DNA from: Vicugna vicugna
Lineage: Eukaryota
Assembly: GCA_013265495.1 (NCBI GenBank)
Contig: MU061578.1
Coordinates: 133,308 to 197,307 of the forward strand
Length of the DNA: 64,000 nt
Reading direction: 5' to 3'
Shown here: piece by piece, positions 36,460-49,480 of the stretch
Position numbering within the stretch: the first letter of the stretch is position 1
Layout of the letters: each line of letters starts with the position of its first letter
Position numbers and translations under genes: made by a program
The notes under the pieces: generated by a model
Told to the model about the DNA's origin: nothing
Database searches by the model: none
Seen by the model: only the letters and a program-made list of their open reading frames with translations

Positions 36460-37930
36460 TGACTGACACTCTTACAGCCGTTCTTCTAAATACTGCCTCT
36501 TCTTTGGGTCTCCATGACACCACAACCTGTGCTCTTTCTTCCTACGACACTGGCTATTCATTCTCAGGCTCTGCTGATATTTCTCCTCCCTAACTTCAAA
36601 ATATTGGCGACCTTCAGGCATCAGTCCTGGGTCTTCTCAGCTCTATGTGGACTTCCCCCTAGGTGAGCTGTCATCTGTTTGTTCCCTGTGGTAGAGACGA
36701 TCAGCTCCCTACCTATCTTTCTGTTGACAAAATTCCATTTGGTTGAAGTCTGGGCAGGTGTATATTCAGAGAAAGTGGGCTTCCACCCGTTGTGGATAGT
36801 CCACGATAGAGTCTAAGCCAATCACGGTAACCGCCTTACCCTTTGTCAGGGAATGAACATGTGACTCAATTCTGGCCAATGGGATCCTAAAGGAATATGG
36901 GGATTCTGGGAGAGATGTTCCACTCCAGTAAACAGGGAGCATACTCACACTCAGTATTTCCAGCTGTCTTGAACTTCTTCATGTCTCTGTACAGTTAAAT
37001 AAGTTCTTCCCCAGGCCTTGAATGTTGTCCCACATGTTCTGCAGCTGATGGAGCTTGGCCTCATTCTTCAAGATCCCATGAAAATGTCACTTCTCTCTAG
37101 CCCCTCTTAAGAAAAAAAAGTCCAGGCTTTCTCCTCTCTGTTCTCACAATATCCCACACTTATCTGTAACATGAGACCTCTAGGTTGCATTGTGATTACG
37201 TGTCTCTCCTACTCAACTTTGAGCTTTCCCCAGACAGAGATGCCAACTTACTTATTTTTGAAGCCATTCCAGTGAATAGCACTCTACCTGACATGCAGAA
37301 AATGTCCAATTAAAGTGTGATGAATGAAAGTGTGACCCAGTGCAAGGAAGGACTGGCAAAATTGACAAGCCCAGGAATAGAACTAAGTGGAGGAATCTGG
37401 AGGTAACAGATAGCCTTACTTTTCCATGGTTTGTGGGATGCCCAAACTCCTTATCATACATGACGTTTAGGGCCCTTCATGTTCTTGCCCCTGATTACTT
37501 CTTTACCTACAATTTCTTGCCACAAATCCACACTCAGGCTGGAAGCCTGAAGTTTTGCAGATGCACACATGCTTTGCTCTTTCAGACAGACACACTTTTT
37601 CACTTGCTATCACCTTGCCTGCCATTTCTCCCCATCTTGCTCATCTTGTCAAACTCCTATTCAACTTTCAAAACCCCTTTCCAGTATCACCCTTCTAGGA
37701 TGTCTTTGTAGACCACTCCTGAGCAGGCTTAATTACTCTTGGGGCTACCTCTGTACTTCGACATAATTTCAAGTGGGGCAGTTGCTCTTTATGTGTAACC
37801 TCTACTCTTTAGGACTATAGATTTTTCCAATGCAGGAGTCATATTTTCTTCATATGTGGATCCTCAGTGCCTAGCTCAAACCCCAGCACATCATGGACTC
37901 CATAACCATTTACCCAGTTGAAATGAATCC
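36460..37930 (+). mobile_element. Several L2 fragments with an MLT1-like piece at ~36750-36910
   Basis: 'cttctctttgggtctccatgacaccac'-like text, 'aaatgtcacttctct', 'cctcagtgcctagc' and 'catgtgactcaattctggccaatggga'. Confidence 0.6.
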
Positions 37931-38024
37931 CTTGCTTTCTAATTCCACTGAGGCTACTTCCAGTATATCAGTTCAGAGCCTGTCAGGCTCAAACCAGTTT
38001 TAGCTGGCTTCCCAAAGAGTAAAT

Positions 38025-38250
38025 GTAATAATAGTCACAATCTAGCATTCTGAGTACTTACTATGTGCCAGTATGGTTTCCAAGCTTGGCATATATTATT
38101 TCATTTACCTACATGTTTACCTGGTGGGATAGGTATTATACAGATGTCTATATTTTATAGACAAGGAATCAGAGGCCCAGAAAGGTTAAGTAACTTGCCC
38201 AAGGTCACAGAGCCAGACACAGAGCCATTCAAACTCAGAAACTCTGACCC
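38025..38250 (-). mobile_element. MIR
   Basis: 'tgagtacttactatgtgccag...gaggcccagaaaggttaagtaacttgcccaaggtcacagagc'. Confidence 0.88.
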
Positions 38251-39144
38251 GGAGCTAGGTACACTTTGGGAATTGATAGCTCTTGCCAACCTGTTGTCAG
38301 CACTTTCTGCCATATTTCCTGCGGCCCTGTCCCACATCTTTGTAGCAGAGCTTTTAAATTCAGAAGCCTGCTGGAATTACTCCTCCCTCCTCTGGCTGCA
38401 GAGAGCACACCAGTGTACATCTCTGAAAGCCTGTGGCATGGTCTTCAATCTTTTCCACACTCAGCCACTTCCAACCTTGACCTTAAAGCCATGAAGACGA
38501 TCCTTATGGGGCTGTTACTCAGAGGAAAATTGAAATGGCCCCTGTGGGAAGACTGCAAGATTTTACTTCCAGTTTTCTAATTTTGGATCGGCCTAGAGAA
38601 AAGAACGATGCTAGAAGCCCGATTCGCAAAATTAGGTGAGCTCGGTTCTTTGCCTCTCTTAAGAAATATGGGCACTGCTCTAAAAATCTTTTTTTAATCT
38701 CCTCTCTGGTCCATGTAACAGGAAATTGGTCTCTGCCATAGGCCAATAAATCTCCAACTTTTTATTGAATATTAAAGGAAGACTTCAAGTCAAGTTCAAA
38801 TCTCTTTGCTTGGAATTTCTTACATAACGCTGCAGCTCCAATACCTCGGGTCACAAAAGCTTTAAAAAGAAGGAGACAAATGGAAAAGCTCTCCAGGTCA
38901 GTGGCCCCCAGGGATGATCTCTTCTTCTGAGAAATAATAGCCTATTACTCTAAAAATCTTAAACAAGGCATTCCCTCTCTGGCCTGCGCATTATAATTGA
39001 GACCAGGGGATTAACAACTGGTCTCTGGATGCATCTAAAATGAGCATGCAGCAACTTCTCTTGGAAGTTAAGGAACAGACTGAATGGGGAGATCTGGAGC
39101 TAACACAGAGCCAGTCAGTCCCGGACCCTGAGAGGACCAGGACC

Positions 39145-39568
39145 TGTGATAGCTGGTGGGCAGCAGTGCCCAGATACCCTTTCAGAACTGATGCTCTCCT
39201 TCCTTCTGCAGCTGAGAATGTTGGTGGCTGAAGCAGCTCAGCCAAGTTGCTCTCCTGGAAATGCCTCTGGCCCAAGAAAGCTGTATCACCCAAGGTCATG
39301 ACCTCTTCCCAGAAGCAGCCCAAATGCATTAACTGGACAACCTAGGGATTAAAGGTCTGGCCTTCTTGCCTCGATCTGGGACAACTCTGAAGGCACCACA
39401 GCTCCAGAACTCCCCAGGGATCAGCTGAGGGCTTTGTTGTGAAGACACAGCCCCTTCTTCTCAACCCTGCTTCCCTCACTCTCCCACGGGTGTTGACTGG
39501 CACTCCCTCAATAAAACTCCTGCATGTGAATTTCAGAGTCTGTTTCCTGGGGAACCCATCCTAAGATA
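39145..39568 (+). mobile_element. ERVL solo LTR (LTR16C-like)
   Basis: 'cttgcctcgatctgggacaactctgaagg...caataaaactcctgcatgtgaatttcagagtctgtttcctggggaacccatcctaagata'; GACC duplicated at both ends. Confidence 0.82.
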
Positions 39569-39639
39569 GACCTTCATGTACCAGCGTCTTTGAGAAAGAT
39601 GCTTTAGAAGCATTTAGAAGGTTGGAAAGAGCTTTAGAC

Positions 39640-39935
39640 GAACACATTGAATGATACCATTTCTGTAATATTTAAAAACACACAGAAGCATCCTTAACGC
39701 TTTTTGAAAATGTATAAATAAATGTATGAGGACAGCAAATACCATATTTGGAAGACTATTTACCTTTTAGGTAGGGAGGTAGTTGAGGAGAAGAGAAATG
39801 GGGTCTAGGAGGGCTACACAGGGTTTTCAACTCTATTGGTGAAATTTTATTCCATTGTATGGAACCTAGGTGAATGGGTATTTATTATTTGTTATGATTT
39901 TTGGAGGTAAAAAGATTTCAGAATGTATAAAAAGG
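39640..39935 (+). mobile_element. Ancient L1ME/MC 3' end
   Basis: 'atgataccatttctgtaatatttaaaaacac...acagggttttcaactctattggtgaaattttatt'. Confidence 0.6.
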
Positions 39936-40024
39936 CATTTTCTGAGGTGCACACCTGAAATCTTACTCTCCCACTTAAGACATGTGTGGCTATAGGCAAG
40001 AGACTTAGCCTCTCTGAGGCCTTG

Positions 40025-40746
40025 GCTTTGATTGTAATGAAAAGAAACCCACTCAAATTGGCGCTAATGACTTCATAAGAAATTGAAGATGAAACTTAAA
40101 GACCTACTGAAAGGAAGTCTTCCCTCTCTCCCAGGGTTTCAGGATCCCTGCCATTTCTGTTTCTTTCCAAGTGTCTGTCTGATGCTCCTTGTCCTGAAGA
40201 TGAGTGTTCTCTGTTACCTCATCAGCTGCATATTTGATTGCTTATATTCTCCCCACTCGGCATCCTGACCACTCTGCTTCAAATTCCCAAATTCTAAGGA
40301 GATGAATCTCCTTGGCCTCAGCCAAGGATGAGCTCTCCTTGCCTTAAGTACCTGTAGTTCAGTCAGCTGCAGCAGCTCTCATGGGTGGGGCTGGGGGTAG
40401 ACAGCATTACTGTAAAATACTTACTGTCCAGCCCGAGCCCCTTCTTACTGGGTGTCTGTGGGGTTCTTCTTTTCACTGCACTGTCAGCTGCTTGGCTATG
40501 TGAATAAAGTAACATGAATGACTTCTGAGCAGAAGTCTTAAGAGCCTTCCAGCATCATTATTTTCCCTCTGTCATAAGAACAGTAATGTCCTATACAGGA
40601 TTGCTCCTTCAGACAAGGAAGCAGAGTCACAGCTGGCCCTCCACCAACTCATAACACAGGTGAGACATAAATCTTTGGTGTCAAGTCATTGAAATTCAGG
40701 TGTGTTTTGTTACTGTGACATAACCAAGACAAAGCTGACTAATACA
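40025..40746. mobile_element. Old MLT1 (-) with an MLT1J-like LTR 3' half (+, ~40490-40746)
   Basis: 'ttgattgtaatgaaaagaaacccactcaaattggc' and terminus 'tttgttactgtgacataaccaagacaaagctgactaataca'. Confidence 0.6.
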
Positions 40747-41019
40747 AGGGCATCATGTAAATATCAGAGGCTGTGATGTGGGCAGATGGGGGCAAGGGTG
40801 GGCAGGCACCCCCAAACATTTCAGTGTAGATGCTTACCACTTCCTGCTAGAGTCTCTGCATAGCTGAATTGAAATAAAGAACATAGTTTAAAGCAAGACT
40901 TGGCATTAGGAGACACTCTACAAGTGTTGGTACCCTTCCTCCCTATGTCAATATTGGATCAGTGTTCTTTATATCCAAGGCTATATGGATGAACAGTTAA
41001 AAGGGTTGAGAGTCACCCT

Positions 41020-41210
41020 GATAGGACCCAAACTCTGGCTCATTCCTTACTGTCACTTCTTTGTGCTCCAGGTTTCTCATTTGTAAAATAAAGATATAAT
41101 GGTATTGTCTCCAATAGGTTCGTTGAGGGTAATACATGAGATGATCTATGTAATATGCTTTGTTGGGTGCCTGGCACAAATCAAGCCCTCTAAGGTTAAA
41201 CCATTATTTT
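41020..41210 (+). mobile_element. MIR
   Basis: 'ggtttctcatttgtaaaataaagatataat...tgagatgatctatgtaatatgct...gcctggcaca'. Confidence 0.8.
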
Positions 41211-41611
41211 TACTTTCATCAAGAAACTTGTGAATCAGAAAAAAAAATTTCTTGGATAAAGAATTCACATGCTGATGAAATTTGGCCACTGTAGCCACAG
41301 TCCACCAAATTGACCAGAGACACATTTATTGGAAATGTCTTGGGCAGGCTACAAGCCCTCTAACTCAACCCAACACTCATTTAATTACTGCCCTCCACAT
41401 GCCAGATAATGGGTAAGGCTCAGTTCCCACTGTCCAATTTAAATGGTTACCAATAAATGAGCCCTGTGTCTAAGCCAAATTGAATTACTCACCTATCATT
41501 CCCATTAGTTTATAAGGAAAAGCCTCAAAGACTGGTTGGTAAAGATTGTTCATAGAGTATATAAATTTCTTAGAACAGTGTCTGGCACATAATAATCGCT
41601 ATGTAAGCACA

Positions 41612-41878
41612 GCTATTGTTGTTACTCCTGCTATTATTACCATTACACTATTATTATGATTGTTACTATCATTATTACATTACTAGTATTATTATTGTGT
41701 TGTTACTATTAGTATTGTTATTGCTATTATTACTACTATTGTTATTACTCCATTGTTATTATTACTGTTGCTACTATTCTTGTTACTATTATTACTATTA
41801 CTACTATTATTAATATTATTATTGCAATTATTACATTACTACTGCAATCATTACTGTATTACATTATTATTGATACTA
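41612..41878. repeat. Degenerate (TAT/TAC/TGT)n trinucleotide tract at a MIR 3' tail
   Basis: Directly follows the MIR end 'ttagaacagtgtctggcacatataatcgctatgtaagcacagct'-like text; period-3 composition. Confidence 0.9.
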
Positions 41879-42599
41879 TCTTCTAGCGAGGTCATACGAT
41901 ATTTTATCTTTCTCCCCTGCTATTTAAACCATTTCATCTGCCAAGTGCATGTCTCTGATTGCTTCTTTAGCTTTGGATTTAGTGCTCACTCTGTCTCACG
42001 AGCATTTGAGTTCCTATCTTCTAGTTGCCTCCATGGTCTCCTTGTCACCTGATGTCTCCCTGTTCCCATGCCCAGCTTAGTAGAACTACCCCTCACCTGA
42101 GTCCTTGAACAAACCTCTGGACTCTCCTAGAGGGGAAGGAGGGAGGCCTTAGGACACATTCAGATGAGAAGATCAGATACCTATGAGCTCTCTCTTTGGA
42201 GGAGAGAGGGGCTCCTCAACAGTGTCTTCCCCAAGGCAGGAGTACAAAGAGAAGGTTAATTTCCAGGCAGATTTCTGAAGATGCTACCTCACCATCTTCT
42301 CTTCCAAAACGTAATCTGGAAAAGGCATGACTATAATATTAGAATGACCTATATTTGTGGTAAGCTTCCTACCCTCCAAGGAGAGGGCTGCTGAGCTATG
42401 AGACTCCCCCACACAGATGGCGTTTTAGGACATCCTCCCCTTCCAAAAAATTTAAATAAATAAAGGGCAGTAACTTGTTTGATACCACTCGGACTCCAAA
42501 GTAATATTCAGCTTACAGTCCTCTCCCCTCCCCCAAAAACGAGTTATTTGCCAGATCCCAAATGGTCCAGGGTTGATGGATGGCGGGTGATTTCTACAT

Positions 42600-43200
42600 C
42601 AGCACACCTTGGAGCCCCAGAGCTAACCCTCTGACAGCGTTAGCATAAAAGATTTACATTTATGTTACGAGGGCCACACAAGAATAATAATTTTAAGATA
42701 CATTGCCTTGGCTGCCGGTGCACCCTGGGAAATCTAGTAGCGGCAGGCGCTGAGCCGCACTGTAATTACAAAATGGCAGTGCAGGAGAGGTTTTTTGGAG
42801 ACAAGCAGCTAGAGACCAAAGCCATCTGCATGCCTTGGTGGATTGAAATTACAGTAATATATGAAGACATTACCTGAAAAACCCGGCACCATTTAAATGA
42901 TTTACTCTTCAGCCCCAGCAAGCTTTAATTTAAGGATAAAGTCATTCAGAAAGCTAATCTGATAGGGGAGGCATTATTTCACACAGTTAAGTTAATTTAC
43001 AGTAGCTGATTGTTGTGGTTGCTTTTGGTATTATTATCTTCCTACAAACAGCTGATCTGCCAGACAGAAGCAATATACTGCTTAACACAGTGTCTTAATT
43101 CAGCAGGCAAGCTATCTGTGATAAAGGTTTGTTTATAAGCAATAATAGGAAAGTCATTTTGAGGCCATGCTGATAACACTGATGAGAAATATTTTTTAAA
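42600..43200. promoter_or_regulatory. Candidate conserved non-coding element / developmental enhancer
   Basis: No recognisable repeat, retained CpGs, and palindromes TGTAATTACA (42761) and CATTTAAATG (42890), TGATTTAC (42898), TAATCT (42955), CAAAATGGC (42769). Conservation not tested. Confidence 0.45.
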
Positions 43201-44166
43201 GGGAAAACTGCACAATTATATAAATAAACGAATCAGCAAGCCTTGTACTTGTGGGTCTGTTTGTCCAGAATGGCTGTTCTGAGCGGTCGTTTCCCACTGG
43301 CATGACCCTCCTCCCCTCCTTCATGAGTTTCCTGCCCTGTGGTCCTCTGCATATTTACCCCAAATCGTCCTCGTGCCTGGCAACAACTTCTTCCCTGTTG
43401 CCAAGTCGACTTCCCTGCCAAGACTTCGAGAAAACCACATCTTGGGAGCCCAATGAATTCAGCTGCCCAGTCAGCTACCCTATTCCCAAGGAAAAAGTGA
43501 TCTTTGATATCTTCAATGAGTTTTTTTTTTTTAAATCTTTGAGAGACCCAGAATGTGTTCACTTATGGATGTTGATGTAGAAAGATCAGGAAGTCAGTAT
43601 TTGAAAGGGAGCCAAGAGATTGGAGGGTGAAGTTGGAGATTTTGAACAGGTTTGATAAAAATCAACGTGCCATTTCCTTGGCAAAACTAGGAAAGGGCTA
43701 TTGTATTATATGTTGACTCAGGATGCTGAAATGATTCAAGAGCTCTATTAGCAGGAACATTTGTCTAATGGATTTGCCTTCATCTGCTTAGGAACGTTTT
43801 CTTTAAAGATGAACATTCTCTTGTCACCTCCTGAGTCTATCTCAATAGGAGAGGTATAACTTTTGGAAAGGGGCCAAGGAGATGTTACCCACGGGATCTG
43901 GAAATCACTTGCCAATGGTCTAAAAAAGGAGTTCGTAAGATAAGTATCTGTCAGAAAGGAAAAGTCACAGGTTCTTAAAGCTGAAAGGGGCTGATTCAGC
44001 TCATTCATAGGTAACTATTAATTCTTGAGTTCTTATTATGGGCTAGGCACTGAGCTAGATGGATATGATTCCATTTCATCTCCAGTTTATAGGGGAATTA
44101 TCCAGGTTCAAGAGTGAATATAACTTCAGTCAAAACAGAGAGCAGGATGAGTCACTTCGTGTGTAT

Positions 44167-44702
44167 GTAACAGGTAGTTTTCAAAGGTATCTTCAGTGAT
44201 TGCCCCCACCTCCCGTGTGTAATTCACACCGTGTGTAATCCTCTGCCCTTGAATGTGGGCTGGACCTACTGAATTGCTTCTAATGAATACAATTCAGAAG
44301 TCATTTCTGTGATTAGGTTACAGAAGACTGAGACTTCCTTCTTGCTGATATTCTTTCTTGTTGCCTTCTTGGTGTGCAGGCTGAGGAAGTAATAAGCTGC
44401 CACATGGAGAGACCCACTTGGCAGAGAACTGAGGGCGGCCTCCAGCTCCTGGCCAGTGAGGACACGAATTCTGCCAACAACCATGGGAGTGGGCTTGCAA
44501 GTGCATCTTTCCCCAGTTCAGCCTTCAGATGACTGCAGCCCTAGCTGATACACCGTGATTGCAGCCAGTGAGGGAACTTGAAATAGAGGTCTCAGAAAAG
44601 CTACACCTGAATTCTTGACCCACAGAAACTGTGCAGTAATAAATGTTGTTTACAGTCACTAAGTTTGGGGCTCATTTATTTGTCAGTGATAGACAACTTA
44701 AA
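44167..44702 (+). mobile_element. MaLR solo LTR, MLT1E-like
   Basis: 'tgtgtaatcctctgcccttgaatgtgggctggaccta...attctgccaacaacc...gccttcagatgactgcagccctagctga...cacagaaactgtgcagtaataaatg'. Confidence 0.85.
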
Positions 44703-44789
44703 AAAACATGCATTTTCACGTAGATGGCACAGTGAGATACAAGGAATTCAAAAGACCTGCATAAAAATCCTAGTATCAGCATCTTGAGC

Positions 44790-44940
44790 ATATTGCTTCC
44801 TCTCACTTAGTCTCATCTGTAAAATGGGGCCAGTAAAATCTACTTTGCTGGGTTGCTGTAAAAATGTCATTATTCTCTCCCTCTCTGTCTCCTCTGTGCC
44901 TGGCTACTCAGAGTAGCCTCTCAATAAATGATAAGTCATT
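44790..44940 (+). mobile_element. MIR
   Basis: 'tctcatctgtaaaatgggg...ctactttgctgggttgctg...ctcaataaatg'. Confidence 0.7.
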
Positions 44941-45236
44941 GTTAAGATTTTATATATATTTGTGACCATTAATTAAAATCTCCTTCCCCAGTCCTCTCTT
45001 ATAGTCAGACTACTCAGTTAATTGCTCAGACTCCTAGGTAGTTTTCTCACGTGCCCCTTCTTTGGTCTTAGATTTCTTCTCCACTTTTCAGAAATCTACC
45101 CATCCTTCAAAGTTTGGTTGAAACCCTACCTCTTTCAGGAAGTCCTCTCCTACGGCTGCCATATTTTGTGAGCTTCCCCTCCTCTCTCAGTTTCAGGTTT
45201 TATAACCAATTCTTGATTCTTAATTTCTTCATAATA

Positions 45237-45238
<2 letters not shown>

Positions 45239-45284
<46 letters not shown>
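45239..45284. repeat. Perfect (GT)23 microsatellite
   Basis: Direct read. Confidence 0.97.
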
Positions 45285-45286
<2 letters not shown>

Positions 45287-45469
45287 GGGTTGGGGTATAT
45301 ACTGCTTCAACTATTTCAACTTGGAGAATTGGACTGGTTCAGAGAATAGCTGTTTGATGTTACCAAGCTTTCTGAGCAAGCGCTTTAAAATCAGGTGGGT
45401 CAGGATGTAATCCCAGCTCTGAACTGCACTCACTAGGTGATCTCTGCAGAGATGTTCTAACTTCTCTAA

Positions 45470-46160
45470 GACTGGCAAATGCGATCATGTTCGGATCCTG
45501 TTTAAAACCTTTCCCTGACTTCTTCTGACTCTTGGAGAAAGTCTACAATCCCTCCTCTGACTTATAAGACTTCGCATGATCTTGCCCCTCCAGTCTTACC
45601 TTGGCTCATCTTCCTTTTAGCAGACAGCATCAGCGAATCTGGTTTTTCACCACCTCCAGCTTGCCCAACTTCTTCCTGTCCTGCCTCTGGGACTTTGCAT
45701 ATGCTGTTCTCTCTGGTAGGTACACTCTTCAACTTCCTTTTTATCTGGCTAACTCTCACTTGTATTGGGGTCTCACACTAAATGTTGCTTCTTCATGCTT
45801 CTTTAAGCTTTCATGACTCCCCCAGACTTGTCTGGGTCTCCACAGACAAGTGCAGCATAACATCCTGTACTTTTCCTTCTTAGTGCTTATCACAGTCGTG
45901 AAATGAACTGAAATGAATTAGTTCATTATTAACTGGTGTGACTATTTGATTTATTTTATCTCCTCCACAAGACCACAAGTTAGATGAGCCCTCCCCCGAC
46001 AGAAAAGCTTGGCTTGCTCATAGATGTAAATAACCCCAGCACCAAGCACATTCCCTAGTATCTGAGTCACTAATAATACATAAATTACAATAATATATAA
46101 TATATAGTCAATAATACAGATTTCTTGAACAAATGATTGGATGCATAAATGAATGAATGG
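45470..46160 (+). mobile_element. L2 3' region
   Basis: 'cctgtttaaaacctttcc...ctgcctctgggactttgcatatgctgttctctctg...ccccagcaccaagcaca' and 'atgaatgaatg' tail. Confidence 0.8.
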
Positions 46161-46731
46161 ACTTCCTTAACCATAAGATGGGAGTAAAACACCTTGTTGG
46201 GAGGAATTAGTGAACAAATGTTTGCTAATTCAGGAGAGACGTTGAGGAAGCTTTTTTGCTCTGCCTTCTGCAGCCTCACAGACTGGATGGATTCCTCAAC
46301 TTCCCATTGTACTTCTCCCAGTGAATCTACTTTATGATGTGTTAGAGAGTAATGTTGCCTTTCCTAAATATTTGATGTGGGAGTCAGAGAGGGTATTGAC
46401 ATTGCACATATCACAGCACACAATTTATCCCCTATCTGATGTTTCCCTTGATCCCAAAGTCCCTCCTCAGTGAGGTCATCAGGAGAGATCCTCTTCTTTA
46501 CTCCTTTCCTATGGAGTGATGAGTTATGCACTGTGTTCCACCTGCTCCTGGAGTGTTAAATCCACACCCCTACCCCACTATCAAACACAGTATCTTCTCT
46601 CTTATTAGACCTGGTGCCAGGACATAGACACTTGTATCTAACCTATAGCAGGCTTATCAAATTATGTCAATGACAGTGATTATTTCCCTAAGATGACTCT
46701 CCAGTCCTTCTCCTAAAAAGACAATGTCTTC

Positions 46732-46827
46732 CACAGCAGCAGCACTGTTTACATAGCCAAGACATGGAAGCAACCTAAATGTTTACCGATAGATGATTGG
46801 ATAAAGAGGATGTGAGATATATATACA

Positions 46828-46858
<31 letters not shown>

Positions 46859-47296
46859 CATGAAATACCACTCAGCCATAAAAAAGAATGAAATAGTGTA
46901 ATTTTCAGCAACATGGATGGCTAGAGATTACTGTACTAAATGAAGTAAGTCAGACAGAGAAAGACAAATATCATACGATATCACTTCTGTGGAATCTCAA
47001 AAAATGACACAAATGAACTTTTACAAAACAGAAGCAGACTCACAGACATAGAAAACAAACTTATGGTTACTAAAGGGGAAATGGGATAAGGGATAAATTA
47101 GGAGGTTGGGATTAACAGATACAAATTATATATAAAATAGGTAAACAACAAAGTCCAACTGTATAGCACAGGGAACTATATTCGATAGCTTATAAAAACC
47201 TATAATGAAAAAGAATATATATGTATAATTGAACCACTACACTGTATGCCAGAAAGTAAAACAATATTGTAAATCAACTATACTTCAACAAAAAAA
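46732..47296 (+). mobile_element. Cetartiodactyl-type L1 3' end with internal (CA)n
   Basis: 'gccaagacatggaagcaacctaaatgt...tgaagtaagtcagacagagaaagacaaatatcat...caactatacttcaacaaaaaaa'; TSD aagacaatgtcttc / aagacacaatggcttc. Confidence 0.92.
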
Positions 47297-49359
47297 GACA
47301 CAATGGCTTCATAATTACCCAAGTCATTGAGCAAGGGTCTAGCTCATATTAAGTATGCATAAATATCAATTCCCTTATCCCATATACAAAGGCATGCACT
47401 AGAAAGAAAAAATTAAACCAGAGACTAGAGAAGGCATCAGAAAGCAGTGGGACCCCCATCTCCTGGGATGGAGAAGAAAATTGCTTGCTTTGCACATGAA
47501 CGGTTGTTACTCACTCCTGCATGATTTTTATCAGTGGGGACTACAGGTTTTAAAATAAAATTTGGTTCCATTTCAAGCACTTCTCTTCAGAATTTGGGGG
47601 AGGAAATGGATCTAGGGAAGAAAGGCTGGTGGAAATTGCCCACGCTCGAGGGCAGAGATCCTGCCACATTAATTCTGAGACTGGTTAGTCCTATAGTTAC
47701 ACACTCTGGGTCCAAGGGCATGCTGGTTGATTTTGATTTCTAACCTGATTATCCAAGAAAGGGGAGAAAGTATCTCACGGGGCTTGAAGAAGTTAGCATG
47801 ATCAAGCTTGTCCAGGGAAAGGTCTGTCCTCCTCTTGGAGCAGGGACAGAGGTGCCTGACTCAACACAATATCGTTTCTCAACCTGTTCTTCTTCCAGCC
47901 AGGTATCAATCAGCAGACAGTCCATACCAGGAAATAAGCTTTTAAAATTAACTGTCTCTGTGCCAGACTATAATCTCTGTGAGGACAGGCTCTCTGTCCT
48001 ATACACCATTGTTTCTCCAGGGTCCAGCACCATCCTTGGCATTCTCTCCACTTCCAAACACTTTCCTATAGTGACAGCTCAGAAATTCTTAAAAGGATGC
48101 ATTGACTATTCCCAGCTCCTCTGCTCAACCCCTGCTATCCTAGCTTTCTATAAAAGTTTTGCAAGCTACATTCACCAGCATCCTGGCAGTCTCCCTAGTC
48201 TGAAAGGCTGTGATTGTCCCATCAGATCAGTTCTCTTAAATACATTCAGAAGCACCAAGCTCTGTTCCACACACCATGTCCACTTGACAAGAGTGAAGTG
48301 GATTAATTAACGAGGTGAGTCTATCTCTACCCAGCTGTTTCGTGCTGCAATGGAGACCAAGAAAAATCCATTAGATTATACTGAGAGATAGCTGAAAGAA
48401 AGTTTAGATTAAGTTTATCTCTTGAGGCAATTTTATTAGATAGATTAAGTTTCTGTTCATCTCTCCAAAGACGGTAGTAATAACCAGTGTCATGACTTTC
48501 AAATCCTTTGGACTGTAGAGGGTAATCAAACATGGTTGTCTTTTTATCCCCCTCTTTCACTTCTTAGTATTCTGCAATCCTGCCTCATTCATCTGTCAAA
48601 GAGACAGTGTTAAGGGGATCAGTGTTGACAAGTGATAGTACAAATTATGTAATGCTGATGACATTTCCCTGTCTACTTTTGATCTGTCATCCCCACTCTC
48701 AATCACTCCTTATTCTATAAAAAGCTTTTGAAAGAGCATGGAAGCCATTGGCTCGAGTCCCTGAGCCCCAGGGGCAAAACGGGGTGAATCTGAGGTGCAC
48801 GAAAGGCTTCTGAATTAGACACAGGGCCTGGGAACATGGCCTGTCTGACAGGAGGGGAAATTGAGGTCATCTTCCTACAGCACGCCTTTGGCAGCTGCCA
48901 CTTGGGACCACGTTGCAGCCTTTGGTCGTGCTGTAGTTCCACGAAGTACCTGACGTGTCAGGCCCTCGATGGCAGTGGGCTTTCTATTCCAAGAATATAC
49001 CCTTTGACTTCTCCTCCACAGGGAATTTCACCCTTCCTTTTGGGGAATTGATGGAGGATAATTTAAAAGGAAGAACTGAGCTGGTTTTGTAAAAGGAGAA
49101 GACTAGGATAACAGTACAGACACAAGAAGGCTTGTCTTCCTGGGGGTAGGGGGTGGTTTGGGGCCAGTTTTAAAAAAAGAAGAAAGAGGTTCAAAGTATA
49201 GCAGAAGAGACTTTTTAGGGGAAGGGAAGCATCTTCCATCCTCATAATGTTTCCATCTATGTGGAAGAATCTGTTAGGGTGACATACCTGGACTCTCTTC
49301 TCTCTCTATCCATCCTCTTAAACAGCCCTAAAAAAAAAGGCTCTTCACAAACATGGGCT

Positions 49360-49480
49360 CCGGTTTGGGACAGATATGCCACTTTCTAGTTGTGACCTTA
49401 GGTGGTTGCTCAACCTCTACAAATCATGGTTTTTTTCATCTGCAAAATAAAAACAACAGCACCAATCTTGCACGGATGCT
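49360..49480 (+). mobile_element. MIR
   Basis: 'tgccactttctagttgtgaccttagg...ttcatctgcaaaat'. Confidence 0.65.

Noticed and set aside
41616..42052. Poly-Leu/poly-Tyr 'membrane' ORFs
   Set aside because: Arise from a trinucleotide repeat at a MIR tail.
47798..48310. 170-aa ATG-initiated ORF
   Set aside because: Crosses an L2-like 3' fragment ('gactataatctctgtgaggacagg'), with no homology I can recognise.
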